64,000 nt of DNA from Octopus sinensis. Lineage: Eukaryota. The notes beneath the pieces are model-generated. The model did not search any database. It worked only from the letters and a program-made list of their open reading frames with translations, and was not told where the DNA came from. Where the stretch lies: NCBI RefSeq assembly GCF_006345805.1, contig NC_043001.1, positions 135,532,001 through 135,596,000 on the forward strand, read 5' to 3'. The translations under genes were made by a program, and so were the position numbers. Below are positions 48,889-60,634 of this stretch, one piece after another. How positions within the stretch are numbered: position 1 is the first letter of the stretch; each line of letters starts with the position of its first letter.

Positions 48889-49252
48889 ATATGAGGGTAT
48901 GAAAATCTTTGAAGTGCTTAGGGCCTTAATGGGTCTTAATCTGGCCTTGTATGTAAGAGTCTTGTCTAGAAAGATTACTTTCATACAAGCCTGTTGAAAT
49001 TGTATATATTACTAATTTTTTTCTTGGGTTTAACTGAGGTAATGAATGGTAAAATGGAAAAACACAGGAAAAAAACTGGTTAAGAAACACTAAACTACTA
49101 GAACTAGTAGTTGTAGTAGCAGCAGTAGTATCTTGGTATCCATTGAAAGTGATGGAACCAGTGAATACATTGTCCTAATGTAGTAATCTAATAAAAAGTA
49201 ATATTAAATCTCAGAACGAGATGTAAACAGTAACCGCTCGACAATGTAAAGT

Positions 49253-49486
49253 ATAATAGCCATCTCAATATGGCTAACCACAAAGGGGGGGTGTTACTGT
49301 AGCTTTTAGCCCCAGGAGATCATCGTCTCCAGCTGGCTTTAGGCACACTATCTGTGCCCTTATGGTATTTGCGCAAATAGGGCACAGATAGTGTGCCTAA
49401 AGCCAGCTGGAGACGATGATCTCCTGGGGCTAAAAGCTACAGTACCACTCCCCCTTTGTGGTTAGCCATATTGAGATGGCTATTAT
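49253..49486. repeat. Near-perfect 234-bp palindrome
   Basis: Arms of 120 and 114 bp centred on tttgc|gcaaa, with 2 substitutions and one 6-nt bulge. Confidence 0.95.
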
Positions 49487-49825
49487 CTGGGACCCCCTTC
49501 GGTCACGACACTGACCATGGGATTGCACCTAGAAAGTTACCCTCCTAGTCACAAGTCTGGGCAAGGTGGTTTTATGGAAGACCAGCAGTCGCCCATGCAT
49601 ACCGGCCTCCCCTCTCCACGCCATCAGTGTTATCCAAGGGAAAGGCAAGGGCCGATACAGCTTGGCACCAGTGACGTCGCAACTCATTTCTACAGCTGAG
49701 TGAACTGGAGCAACGTGAAATAAAGTGTCTTGCTCAAGAACACAACACGCAGCCCGGTCCAGGATTCGAGCTCACAACCTCACGATCGTAAGCTCAACGC
49801 TCTAACCACTGAGCCATGCGCCTTC
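49487..49825 (-). mobile_element. SINE with family F head and its own tail
   Basis: Head gaaggcgcatggctcagtggttagagcg, B-box gctcgaatcc, then ttgagcaagacactttatttcacgttgctcc. Confidence 0.82.
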
Positions 49826-49839
49826 CCTAATAAAAGTGT

Positions 49840-50200
49840 TTGTTGCCTTCTTTGGACAGACTCATGAAAGGAAGTGAGGTTAATACTCATTTAACCAATG
49901 AGCAGCTTTATGAAGATCTACACAAAATGACCGAGAAGATTCAACAGAGAAGAATGAGAATCGTTGGTCATTGCATCAGGCCCCCAGAAGAACCCATGTG
50001 TCAACTGGTCTTATAGAAATCAGTTGAAGGAAAGAATTAATTGAAGAAAATGTCTAACCTATGTAGCTTTCTTGCTTCAGGACAGTGAAATAGCAAATGT
50101 GGACAAATGAAGAACATGCATGGGGGACTGTAAAAAATGGCAAATTTGCATGAAATCATTGAAGTGTCTGGGAGGATGACCAAACTAAACTAAAACCTAA
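49840..50200 (+). mobile_element. 3' fragment of a second RTE-like LINE lineage
   Basis: HLTNEQLYEDLHKMTEKIQQRRMRIVGHCIRPPEEPMCQLVL, then CLTYVAFLLQDS; tail ccaaactaaactaaa. Confidence 0.75.
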
Positions 50201-50289
50201 GTTTTATCAACATACTCTTCAGTGATGTGGGTTACTTGTTGCACACATCACTACCTTGCCTCTGAAACTTACTTTGGGTATAAACAAAG

Positions 50290-51048
50290 GCAAGAAGATT
50301 CAACAGAGAACAATGAGAATTGCTGGTCATTGCATCAGGCACCCAGAAGAACTTGTGTGTCAACTGGTCTTTTGGTAGTCAGTTGAAGGGAGAATCAACA
50401 GGGGAAGAAAACGTCTTTTACCTTTTTTACTTGTTTTAGTCATTTGACTGTGGCCATGCTGGAGCACCACTTTTAGTTGAGCACATCGACCCCAGGACTT
50501 ATTCTTTTGTAAGCCTAGTACTTAATCTATCAGTCTCTTTTGCTGAACTGCTAAGTTATGGGGACGTAAACACACCAGCATCGATTGTCAAGCGATGTTG
50601 GGGGGACAAATACAAACACATCATCATCATCGTTTAACGTCCGTTTTCCATGCTAGCATGGGTTGGACGGTTCGACCGGAGTCTGGGAAGCCAATAGGCT
50701 GCACCAGGCTCCAGTCTGATCTGGCAGTGTTTCTACACACACACTCACATATATACATATACATATATACGATGGGCTTCTTTCAGTTTCCGTCTACGAA
50801 ATCCACTCACAAGGCTTTGGTCGGCCCGAGGCTATAGTGGAAGACACTTCCCCAAGGTGCCACGCAGTGGGACTGAACCCGGAACCATGTGGTTGGTAAG
50901 CAAGCTACTTACCACACAGCCACTCCTATGCCTATGTATGTAGACAATTTGCTTCAGGACAGTGGAATGGCAAATATTGATGAATTAAGAACATGCATGA
51001 GGGACCGTGCATTGAAGCGTCCAGGAAGGTGGCCAAACAAAAACTAAT
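50290..51048 (+). mobile_element. Second copy of that LINE fragment, split by nested SINE B (50415-50928) holding an RTE tail (50620-50736)
   Basis: KIQQRTMRIAGHCIRHPEEL...GRKRL | YVDNLLQDSGMANIDELRTCMRD rejoins across the insertion. Confidence 0.8.
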
Positions 51049-51436
51049 ACAAGTACTTTATTAAAACACCTATCAATGATATAGTGATCCCACCGACTGC
51101 ATTATTGAGTAAGAAGCTTTATGTCACTTCAACATATATTTCAAGCTTGGCTGAGTGTGTGATTCTATGTTAATTGGTTCAAACAAGGATACATGGTAGG
51201 GGTCTATGAGACAACATGTAAGAATAGTCATCACAGCACAGGGTCTGTGATGACCATGTAGAAATTGTTTTGGGTCTGTGGGGGGTTATGTAGAAATTAC
51301 CCTCAGTCAGTGAACACTGTGTACAAAACTGTCATTTTTCTGGATTTTAAACTGACATCTTATTAACCTGGAGCTGCTGAGAAATCTCAGACTTCATTGT
51401 AAATTCTATTATATTGTCATGTATAATTCAGTGAAT

Positions 51437-51467
<31 letters not shown>

Positions 51468-52080
51468 CAGAGAATGGGGTATGAAAGAGTGAGTGCATAA
51501 AAGAGAGACAAAGAGGATAGAGAGGTAGATTATACATGTGTGTGTGTGTGTGTATACATAGAAAGAGAAAAAGTGAGAGAGAAATTTTCTCTTAGGACAT
51601 TGGACGTCATCTTAGCTTGTTTCGAGAAATTATTCCCTTCTCCTTTCCCTTCCACCATACCTCCCCACCACCGCTGCAATTACTACCCCCCACTCCAAAT
51701 AAAACCACTGATACCCCCACCACCCCTCGACCTGAGTTAGTAGTAGTAATAATAATTCAATTTGTTTGTCCTTTCATTTGTTTCTTCCTGTTTCAATATA
51801 ACTGTAAGGAGACACAAGAGAGTGGTTAACCCTGTTTACAACAAGTTTTTGCAGCCATATAGGAATGTAAATTGGTTGATTGGATTAGATTCACAGTCAG
51901 AAACAGGGTCATATGATAATGGAAGACGTTGAAGAGGAAGCAGATGATGATGATGATGATGATGAGGAACTGTCAACAACTAGATCTATTGCATAAACAT
52001 TACAGCAGTACATCCTAGAAAATCTAGCTTTGGCTGTATACACACATGTATAATAACACACACACACACACTCACACACA

Positions 52081-52302
52081 TGAAGGGTACCAAAAAGTTC
52101 CTGGCTTGAAGGGTATCGTGAAAGGTCTGGTTGGAGGCCAAACATTCTGAGTTCTTTTGCAGGGTTTATTTAGAAAAACTGAAGGATCACTGCAATAAGT
52201 ATGTGAACCTGAGAAGGGTTTATGTTGGATAAAATCATAATTAACTGATCATCCTGTATTTTCTTTTATCCAAAAGCCAGGAACTTTTCAACACTCCCTC
52301 GA
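52081..52302. mobile_element. Mariner-type MITE
   Basis: TIRs ga(a)gggtaccaaaaagttcctggctt / aagccaggaacttttcaacactccctc. Second copy at 54753-54971. Confidence 0.82.
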
Positions 52303-52329
52303 ATAAGTATGTACACACACACACACACA

Positions 52330-52369
<40 letters not shown>

Positions 52370-52456
52370 ACAATTGAGGGTAAAATTAATTAATTAATCA
52401 ATTTCACCAAGTGTTCAGTATGTAAAAGGACCATTTAAGGCGAATTCAAAATTTAC

Positions 52457-52689
52457 ATTATATAATTAGGGCTTAGTAAAATAAATTACTTTGCCACATA
52501 CTGAACTTAGTAGAAATAGCAGCCAAAAAAAATTTTCTTAGCATTTCTACAACTTAAAGAAAATTTCTCTCAGAAAACATTATCTGAGAGAAATTTTCTT
52601 TAAGTTGTAGAAATGCTAAGAAAATTTTTTTGGCTGCTATTTCTACTAAGTTCAGTATGTGGCAAGTAATTTATTTACTAAGCCCTAAT

Positions 52690-52697
<8 letters not shown>
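52457..52697. repeat. Near-perfect 241-bp hairpin
   Basis: Arms 52457-52574 and 52583-52697 with 8-nt loop aaacatta. Three single-base homopolymer indels, no substitutions seen. Confidence 0.95.
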
Positions 52698-52726
<29 letters not shown>

Positions 52727-52727
<1 letters not shown>

Positions 52728-53207
52728 ATCATCATCATCATCGTTTAACATCCGTTTTCCGTTCTAGCACGGGTTGGACGGTTCGACCGGGTCTGGGAAG
52801 CCAGGAGGCTACACCAGGCTCCAGTCTGATCTGGCAGTGTTTCTACAGCTGGATGCCCTTCCTAACGCCAACCACTCCGTGAGTGTAGTGGGTGTTTTTT
52901 ATGTGCCACCAGCACAGGTGCCAGGGGAGGCTGGCAGCGGCCACGATCGGTTGGACCTTTTTATGTGCCACTGGCACGGAAGCCAGTCAAGGTGGCACTG
53001 GCATTGGCCACATGCCACTGGCACAGGTATCACAACTACAATCTCCATTTGATATTTATTTTGATGTTGATATACTTGATTCAATGGTCTCCTCAAGCAC
53101 AGGAGGTCACCCTACAATCCAAGGTAAGCACAGCAGGTCATTCTGCAATCCAAGGTACTTTGGATGGGCTGGGGCTGCTATGCGAAACTGGTGCAAGAAA
53201 CAGCCAT
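52727..53207 (-). mobile_element. RTE 3'-UTR-only element
   Basis: Same extent as 5701-6152; (TA)n at both ends. Confidence 0.85.
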
Positions 53208-53213
53208 GAACTC

Positions 53214-53249
<36 letters not shown>

Positions 53250-53318
53250 ATATATATTATTAATATATATATATATATATATATATCTAAAAAGGAATTT
53301 TATAAAAGCTAAATGTGC

Positions 53319-53486
53319 AGATATGGCTGTGTCGTTAAGAAGCTTGGTTTGCATTGCAACCATGTCATGTCAGGTTCAGTCCCACTGTGCAGCATCTTGT
53401 GCAATTGTTCTCCACTACAACCCTGGGCTGACTAATGCCTTGTGAGTGGTGAATTTGGAAGATGGAAACTACAATGAAGCCCACTG

Positions 53487-53536
<50 letters not shown>

Positions 53537-53768
53537 TGTCTTTGCATTTGTATGTGTCCCTCTCTCCCCCAAAGGACCATTGCTTGATGACCAGTGTAGG
53601 TTTGTAGACATCTCTGTAACTTAGCAGTTTGGCAAAAAAGATTAATAAAGTAAGTGTCAGGCTTTTAAGAAATAAGCATTGAGGTTGATTCATTTGAATA
53701 AAAATTCACCAAGGTGGTACCCTAGCATGGCTGCTGTCCAATGACTGAAACAAGTAAAAGATAAAATA
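53319..53768 (+). mobile_element. Degenerate SINE family B
   Basis: Head, (GT)n and ...aatgactgaaacaagtaaaagataaaa tail. Confidence 0.8.
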
Positions 53769-54119
53769 AAAGGGGTTTATAAGTTTGTTTCCTCCCCCCT
53801 TACTCTTGTATGTGTGTTGAGAGTATAGACCAGACTCTGAATAAACAGGTGATGGTAAGTGGTGATGAAGGTGATAGTGGTGATGGTGGTGAGGCTTGGC
53901 AGTGTCAGCTTCAATCAGTGTCACTCCAAAGAAGAGTTTATGTTATTTTGTTTAAGGTTGATATTGTAAGGAATGGCAAATCTAATTAATATCTTGTAAT
54001 TTCGGATTTCATTTTTTTTTTTCTTTTTCAAAGTAGAGAAACAAGGTGCTGTTGGCTGATCTGACTGTATGTTGTGTTTGGGGATGAAAAAATGCAGTGA
54101 AGGATACACATGCATACCT

Positions 54120-54349
54120 ATTTCTTTATTACCCACAAGGGGCTAAACACAGAGAAGACAAACAAGGACAGACATAGGTATTAAGTCGATTACATTGACC
54201 CCAGTGCGTAACTGGTACTTAATTTATCGACCCCGAAAGGATGAAAGGCAAAGTCGACCTCGGCGGAATTTGAACTCAGAACGTAGCGGCAGACGAAATA
54301 CCGCTCAGCATTTCGTCCGGCGTGCTAACGTTTCTGCCAGCTCGCCGCC
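54120..54349 (-). mobile_element. SINE family A
   Basis: Full copy with 17-bp TSD aggata(c/t)acatgcatac (54101-54117, 54351-54367). Confidence 0.92.
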
Positions 54350-54362
54350 TAGGATATACATG

Positions 54363-54401
<39 letters not shown>

Positions 54402-54549
54402 GTACATACATATGTATGCACAGCTTTATGGAAGCACTGCGATGCTGTGATGCCTGAAAATTTTGATGTATCGAAAAATTTTTTCCCAATTATGTTCCAT
54501 AAATTCACGGCTTTCCCATAGTTGTAGGAGATTATCATAATTTGAGAAG

Positions 54550-54725
54550 GCAAAGACGTGACTGTGTAGTTAAGAGGTTTGTTTCCCAACCACATGGTTT
54601 CAGGTTCGGTCCTGCCACGTGACATCCTGGGCAAGTGTCTTCTACTATAGCCCTGGGCTGCTTAAAGCCTTGTACTTGGATTTAGTAGATGGATACTGAA
54701 AAAATTCTATCAAATGTATATACAT
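54550..54725 (+). mobile_element. SINE B/G-type head
   Basis: ggcaagtgtcttctactatagcc motif. Confidence 0.7.
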
Positions 54726-54752
54726 GTGTGTGGTGTGTGTGTATGTGTACAT

Positions 54753-54971
54753 ATGATGGGGGGTGCTGAAAAGTTCTTGGCTTTAAGGGTGTCATGAAAG
54801 GCCTGGGTGGAAGTCCAACATTCTGAGTTCTTTTACAGGGCATAGGGAAACTGAAGGACTGCTGCAATAAGTGTGTGAATCTGAAAGGAGAATATGTTGG
54901 ATAATATCATAATTGACTGATCCTCCTCTATTTTCTTTCACCCAAAGCCAGGAACTTTTCAGCACTCCCTC
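54753..54971. mobile_element. Mariner-type MITE, second copy
   Basis: gggggtgctgaaaagttcttggcttt / aaagccaggaacttttcagcactccctc. Confidence 0.85.
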
Positions 54972-55190
54972 TTAACTCCAAGATTCCGAGTTCAATTCCA
55001 GGCAGTGATCTGAATAATAATAATAATAACAACGCCGCCGCCACCGACGACGACGAAAAATACCTCAGGAATGAGAACGCAGGTTCGAAATTTCCCCAAG
55101 ACACTTGAGGAAGGCTGGAGAGTGTATCAGCCAAAACGTTCTATTAACAACAAACAAGATCAGGACAAATATCTGTCAAATGTAAATAAT
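54972..55190 (+). mobile_element. SINE family D lacking its first ~35 nt
   Basis: Matches 2223-2432 and begins at TA right after the MITE. Confidence 0.78.
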
Positions 55191-55426
55191 GGCTTTGCCA
55201 TTGCTTACAATATCAATCAAAATAACATCACTGTGCAAGAGAACAGCGAGCCACCCACATACTACACAATAACTCACTCCCATTTGATGGACAGAATGAG
55301 ATAACATGGAGCACAGACATTTGATCACCACAAACAAATCATCTGTGCAGGTTAAAGATTTTAGAAATTTCTACTACCAGTGGCCTAGCGTCAAGAAAAA
55401 TTAGTCAATAGACTATATATTATTCA

Positions 55427-55578
55427 TATAAAATACAGAGTACATTTAAACACATAAGAGGTGTCCATCGTAGGACTCCCTTATGCTAGAAGGAACAGCT
55501 AAAGTGGTTTGGACTTTAGCTGTCCCTTCTAGCGTAAGGGACACCTCTTATGTCTTTAAATTTAGACTGTATTTTATA
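55427..55578. repeat. Hairpin / probable TA-flanked Tc1-mariner-type MITE
   Basis: ~66-bp arms with a 12-nt bulge and 7-nt loop ggtttgg; TA|CAG...CTG|TA inner ends. Confidence 0.8.
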
Positions 55579-56149
55579 TATATATATATATAAAAGGAAA
55601 TGAAGAAAATGCTGACAAAATAATTTAAGTAATTTAATTAGGTGAAAGTTCTTTTTACCGGTTGCACATTTGTTATGCTTATCAAAAGATAGATTTTTTC
55701 CTCTTATCTGACTTTATGTTGGGTTTGCTGTCTCTTATATGTGAAAAAAGAGGCTCCAGAGTTGTTTAAGATTTGCTTGGTTTCACGCCTAAAATTTCTT
55801 GTGGACAATGGTCAATACAATTTTGATTGGTCATTATGAAGGGGTCACGTGAATGTTTGAATGGAAGTTGGTGTTGGGGTAAGAAAAAAGGCTCCAGAGA
55901 AGTTAAAATTTGGCTAGTGTCGCGCCTAAAATTTATTATTGGTCATAATAAAAGAGGTCACGTGGATGTGGATAAAATTGAGAGGTCACGTGAATGTTTA
56001 GAATTTTCGAAAATAGCATTGTTGAAAATTCTTATTGTTCAGGCTGGTCAGTAGACATCATGTGGATATTTTAAATAGCTTTTAAATAGTGTCTTGGGGA
56101 AATTTCGAACCTATATATGCATGTATGTATGTATGTATGTTTGTATGTG

Positions 56150-56395
56150 AATGTGTGTATGTGAATGTGTGTATGTTTGTGTCTCCTTGTCTTGACAACA
56201 CATGATTGTTGTAAATGAATGTCATTTGTTTCAAATATTCTTGTGAAAACATATCTAGCCATGGGGGAAATATTACTTTGCTTAGAATCAGGTGACAGGA
56301 AGGGCATCAAGTTGTAGAAAGTGTGCTTCAATAAACTCCATCCCAACCCATGCAAGCATGGGGAAGTGGACGATTGAACAGTAATGAGGATGATG
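56150..56395 (+). mobile_element. SINE family G, 3' half
   Basis: gtgtctccttgtcttgaca...gacaggaagggcatc...ccatgcaagcatggg. Confidence 0.7.
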
Positions 56396-56644
56396 GTACA
56401 ATGTTGAACTCCACAATTAATGATGATACATAAAAGAGATTGTACGATTTTGTGGTATGGCACACGTTTGTATAATGGTGATGATGCTGATGAGGATATG
56501 ATGATGGTAGTGATAGTATCGATGATGGTAACAATGGTAATAATGGTGATATATGGCGTGGTGTACACCTGTATTTTATGTAACATGTGGTATATACATG
56601 TACAGTATAGGCTATCATAGAAGAAACATAAAGGATGGTTAAAA

Positions 56645-56985
56645 GGATGGTGATGATGATGGTGGCGATGATGATGGTGGCGATGATGATGAGATGGTGA
56701 TGAAGATGATGGTGGCGATGATGATGATGATGAAGATGATGGTGGCGATGGTGATGGTGATGAAGATGATGATGATGAAGATGATGGTGGCGATGATGAT
56801 GGTGATGAAGATGATGGTGGCGATGATGATGATGATGGTGATGATGATGATGATGGTGATGAAGATGATGGTGATGATGATGATGATGATGGTGATGAAG
56901 ATGATGGTGGCGATGATGATGATGATGATGATGGCGATGATGATGATGGTGATGAAGATGATGGTGATGAAGATGATGATGATGG

Positions 56986-57016
<31 letters not shown>

Positions 57017-57258
57017 GGTGATGAAGATGATGATGATGGTGATGATGATGATGATGATGATGATGATGGTGATGAAGATGATGGTGGCGATGATGATGAT
57101 GGTGATGAAGATGATGGTGGCGATGATGATGATGGTGATGAAGATGATGGTGGCGATGATGATGATGGTGATGATGATGATGGTGGCGATGATGATGATG
57201 ATGGTGATGATGATGATGATGGTGATGAAGATGATGGTGGCGATGATGATGATGATGG

Positions 57259-57289
<31 letters not shown>

Positions 57290-57510
57290 GGTGATGAAGA
57301 TGATGGTGGCGATGATGATGATGGTGATGATGATGATGGTGGCGATGATGATGATGGTGATGAAGATGATGGTGGCGATGATAATGATGATGATGATGAT
57401 GGTAGTGATAATAATGGAGGTAATGGTGATGATGATTACAATGATGATGATGGTAGTGATAATAATGGGAGGTAATGGTGATGGTGATATTGGTGATGAT
57501 GATATTGATG
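56645..57510. repeat. ~860-bp compound (GAT/GGT/GAA/GGC)n repeat
   Basis: Seen directly. Explains the poly-Met ORF. Confidence 0.95.
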
Positions 57511-59089
57511 ATGGCAGTGTAGCTGCTGCTGATATTTCATTCTCATTTTCTGTCTTTGTCTCTCTCTCTCTCTCCCACCCTCCTAAATCTCATTCTCTCT
57601 GTCCCTCATTCTTTGCTACCATTGCAGTTTATAAGTGATTTAATTGTGTGGTGGCATTCATGATTATGGGCGTTGCTTTAACTAATGCCATTAACAACCA
57701 ACCCACTCATGCGGGGACACACAGACACATCCATCCAGCCATCCAGCCAGCTAGCTAGCTATCCACCGACCCACCCAAACAGACGGACACAACCCTCTCT
57801 CACACTCCCCCAAACCACCCACACAATAAATCCATAGCAACTTTGTAATGTCTACTCCTTTAGTAAATGCTCCTTTCATTAAACGAAGTGTAATAATATC
57901 CCTGCAATAATTGCGCACCGCTAATAAGCTAAGTACACAAATATTTCTGAAACTCCGTAGAAAATGAAAAACAAAAAAACAAAAACAAAGCAAAGAAATA
58001 AAATAAACAAACAAAAAACAATTAAATAAGCAAAACAAAACAAAAGTAGCCCAAAGTAATAAATATAAAATAATGCCTAAAACGATTTCCTGTAGAGAAG
58101 AATCAAGCAATTGTTGCAACATTTAGAGTTCTTTAGAATAATAATAGAAAATTGATGAGGAATGTACTTCTTTACACTGTTATAGAAAATAAAAGTATGG
58201 CCATGTGCTTAGTTTGCTTTGCAAGTGTCTTCTGTTTCAGAACCAGGCAGACCAATGCCTTGTGAGTGAAATTGGTAGCTGTAAACTGTGTGGAAGCTAG
58301 TTGTACTCAAAAATCCCCCCCACCATCCATCCATCCCCCCCCACATATTATTTAATAAATGCAATATATGTATTTATGTGCTACTATTAGTTTCATGTGA
58401 TGAGAGCATGCCAAACAGCGTTTTTAACACGTCTGGTGTCCTAACACAAACATCAGACACTGCCCATATGACATAATGAACTATAAAAGTGGGATGATAG
58501 GATGAGAGAAAAGGTGAGACAGATGTAGATATAAAAGGTGGAAAGTTGAAAAACCGGAAAACGTAAGAAAAATCAGATAGAAGCAAAAGGGGGGAAATAG
58601 AGTTATTTCCCCTTAGACCGTAAAATATAAAGCTGAAAAGATAGTTGCTTAGAGTCTGTGGTACAGTTATTCAATCAATTCATCAACAGGAACTTAGCCA
58701 TATGCTTACAACTGCTGAAAATTTCAGATCTAGAATTCAGCAGTGATTTAGAGTTCTTAGATCTGAAAAAGATCTGAGTTCTTTCAGCTATGTGTAAGGT
58801 ACATTTTTTGAATCATTAACATATGGTGTGGACTTTTTTACTATTTTCCACTTTATTGTATGCAGTGTGGCATTCGATTTCAAGACCCATATGTCACTAG
58901 CCAACTTAGTAGCTTTACTTTTGTCTCTGTGTCAGAAGGAAGATGTGTGATTAGCATAGCGATTTTTGAATTCTCCTTCAAATAGTCTGATATAGCTCTT
59001 CTAGCATTGCTGTAATGAATTTAATCATACTTTGCTGGCCAAGCAGAATGGTTCCTGGGCCTTGACAGTTACAACTGGGAGTGGGCCCA

Positions 59090-59460
59090 GTGCTCAACTG
59101 GTACTTATTTTATTGCCCCCAAAAGGAATGAAAAGCAAAGTCCACCTTAGTAGAATTTGAACTTAGAAAGTAAAAGACAGACAAAATGTTGCTAAGCATT
59201 GTGCCTAACATGCTAACAGTTCTTACTAAAGCTTGTTGCTTCAGTAAGAAAAGTAATATTGGTTTTAAATTTTGGTACAAGGCCAGCAATTTTGGGGGAT
59301 GAGGTAAGCCGATTATCTTGACTCCCAGCATTCAAATGGTATCTATTTTATCAACCCCAAAAGGAATGAAAGACAAAGTCAACCACAGCAGAGTGCGAAG
59401 ACGGACAAAATGCTGTTAAGTATTTTGCCCATTGCACTAATGATTCTGCCAGTTCACCAC
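59090..59460 (-). mobile_element. Two degenerate family A SINEs
   Basis: ccc.aaaggaatgaaa...caaagtc core at ~59115 and ~59355. Confidence 0.65.
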
Positions 59461-59465
59461 TAATG

Positions 59466-59466
59466 T

Positions 59467-59502
<36 letters not shown>

Positions 59503-59890
59503 GTTTAACATCCGTTGTCTATGCTGGAATGGGTTGGAAGGTTTTACTAGGCTGGCACACTGGAAGGCTGCACCAGGCTCCAGTTTGATTTGGCATGGTT
59601 TTTTACAGCTGGATCCCCTTCCTAACACCAACCACTCTGAGAGTGTAATGGGTGTTTTTACATGCCAATTGCATGATACTGGTATCTGCCATGACCACGA
59701 TTTTGCTCGGCTTGATGGCTCTTCTTCTCAAGCATGGCATAATGCCAGAGGCCTTGGTAATTGCCTCTTTGAGACCCAACACTCGAAAGGAACTCGGCCA
59801 CTTTGCCTCCATGAGGCCCAACGCTTGAAAGGAACTCGTCCACCTCACTTCCATGAGGCCCAACACTCAAACACTCAAAAGGAACTCAGC
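59466..59890 (-). mobile_element. 5'-truncated RTE
   Basis: (atc)n tail and ggatcccCttcctaacaccaacc motif; triplicated ~42-bp segment at 59760-59890. Confidence 0.8.
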
Positions 59891-59894
59891 CACA

Positions 59895-60070
59895 TAAATA
59901 TCAGGACAGATATAGTACATTCTGAGTTAAAATTCCACCAAGCTTGACTTTGACTTTCATCCTTTCAAAGCCAATAAAATGAGTACCAGTTGATCACTGG
60001 GATCAATCTAATCAACCTACTCCCCACCCCCACCTCCGAAGCTACTGGCCTTGTGCTAAAATTTGAAACC
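59895..60070 (+). mobile_element. Degenerate family A SINE
   Basis: tgagttaaaattcc...actttcatcctttc...aaaatgagtaccag. Confidence 0.65.
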
Positions 60071-60473
60071 AATATTGAGATAGATACTTGGTTGAAGTCA
60101 CATTATTGGCTGTTTGTGCTTTTTTTCCTTTCACCTATATTTTAAAGATTCTCTTTACCTTTCCTCCTACTCTACTCCTGGAATACTCACCCTTCTCTCC
60201 CACAGACTATTATATCCGAGAGAAACTCCAAGATTGAATCTCTCCCCATCTCTCTTTCCTATTATTTTAACAATTAGGTACTCATGTAATCCCGCTTTTG
60301 ACATACATTTTCATTTCAGTAAACAAAGTGTCACTGGCAAACAGTTGGGGGCTAAAAGGATATTAAGTGTATTTACAGAAAGTGTGTGCACATAAATGTG
60401 TGTATGTGTTTGTTCGTGTGCAAGGTATTTCTCCATTTAGGTATGTATGTATTTATGTGTGCTTGTGTGTGTA

Positions 60474-60528
<55 letters not shown>

Positions 60529-60599
60529 CTCTCTATATATATATATCAAAGTATCATTAGTGGTGAGCTGGCAGAATCATTAGTACAACGGGCAAAATG

Positions 60600-60634
<35 letters not shown>

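Noticed and set aside
56694-57638. Poly-Met 314-aa protein
   Set aside because: Off-frame reading of (GAT)n.
58610-58800. Degenerate mariner 5' fragment
   Set aside because: Only vague similarity; no TIR or catalytic motif.
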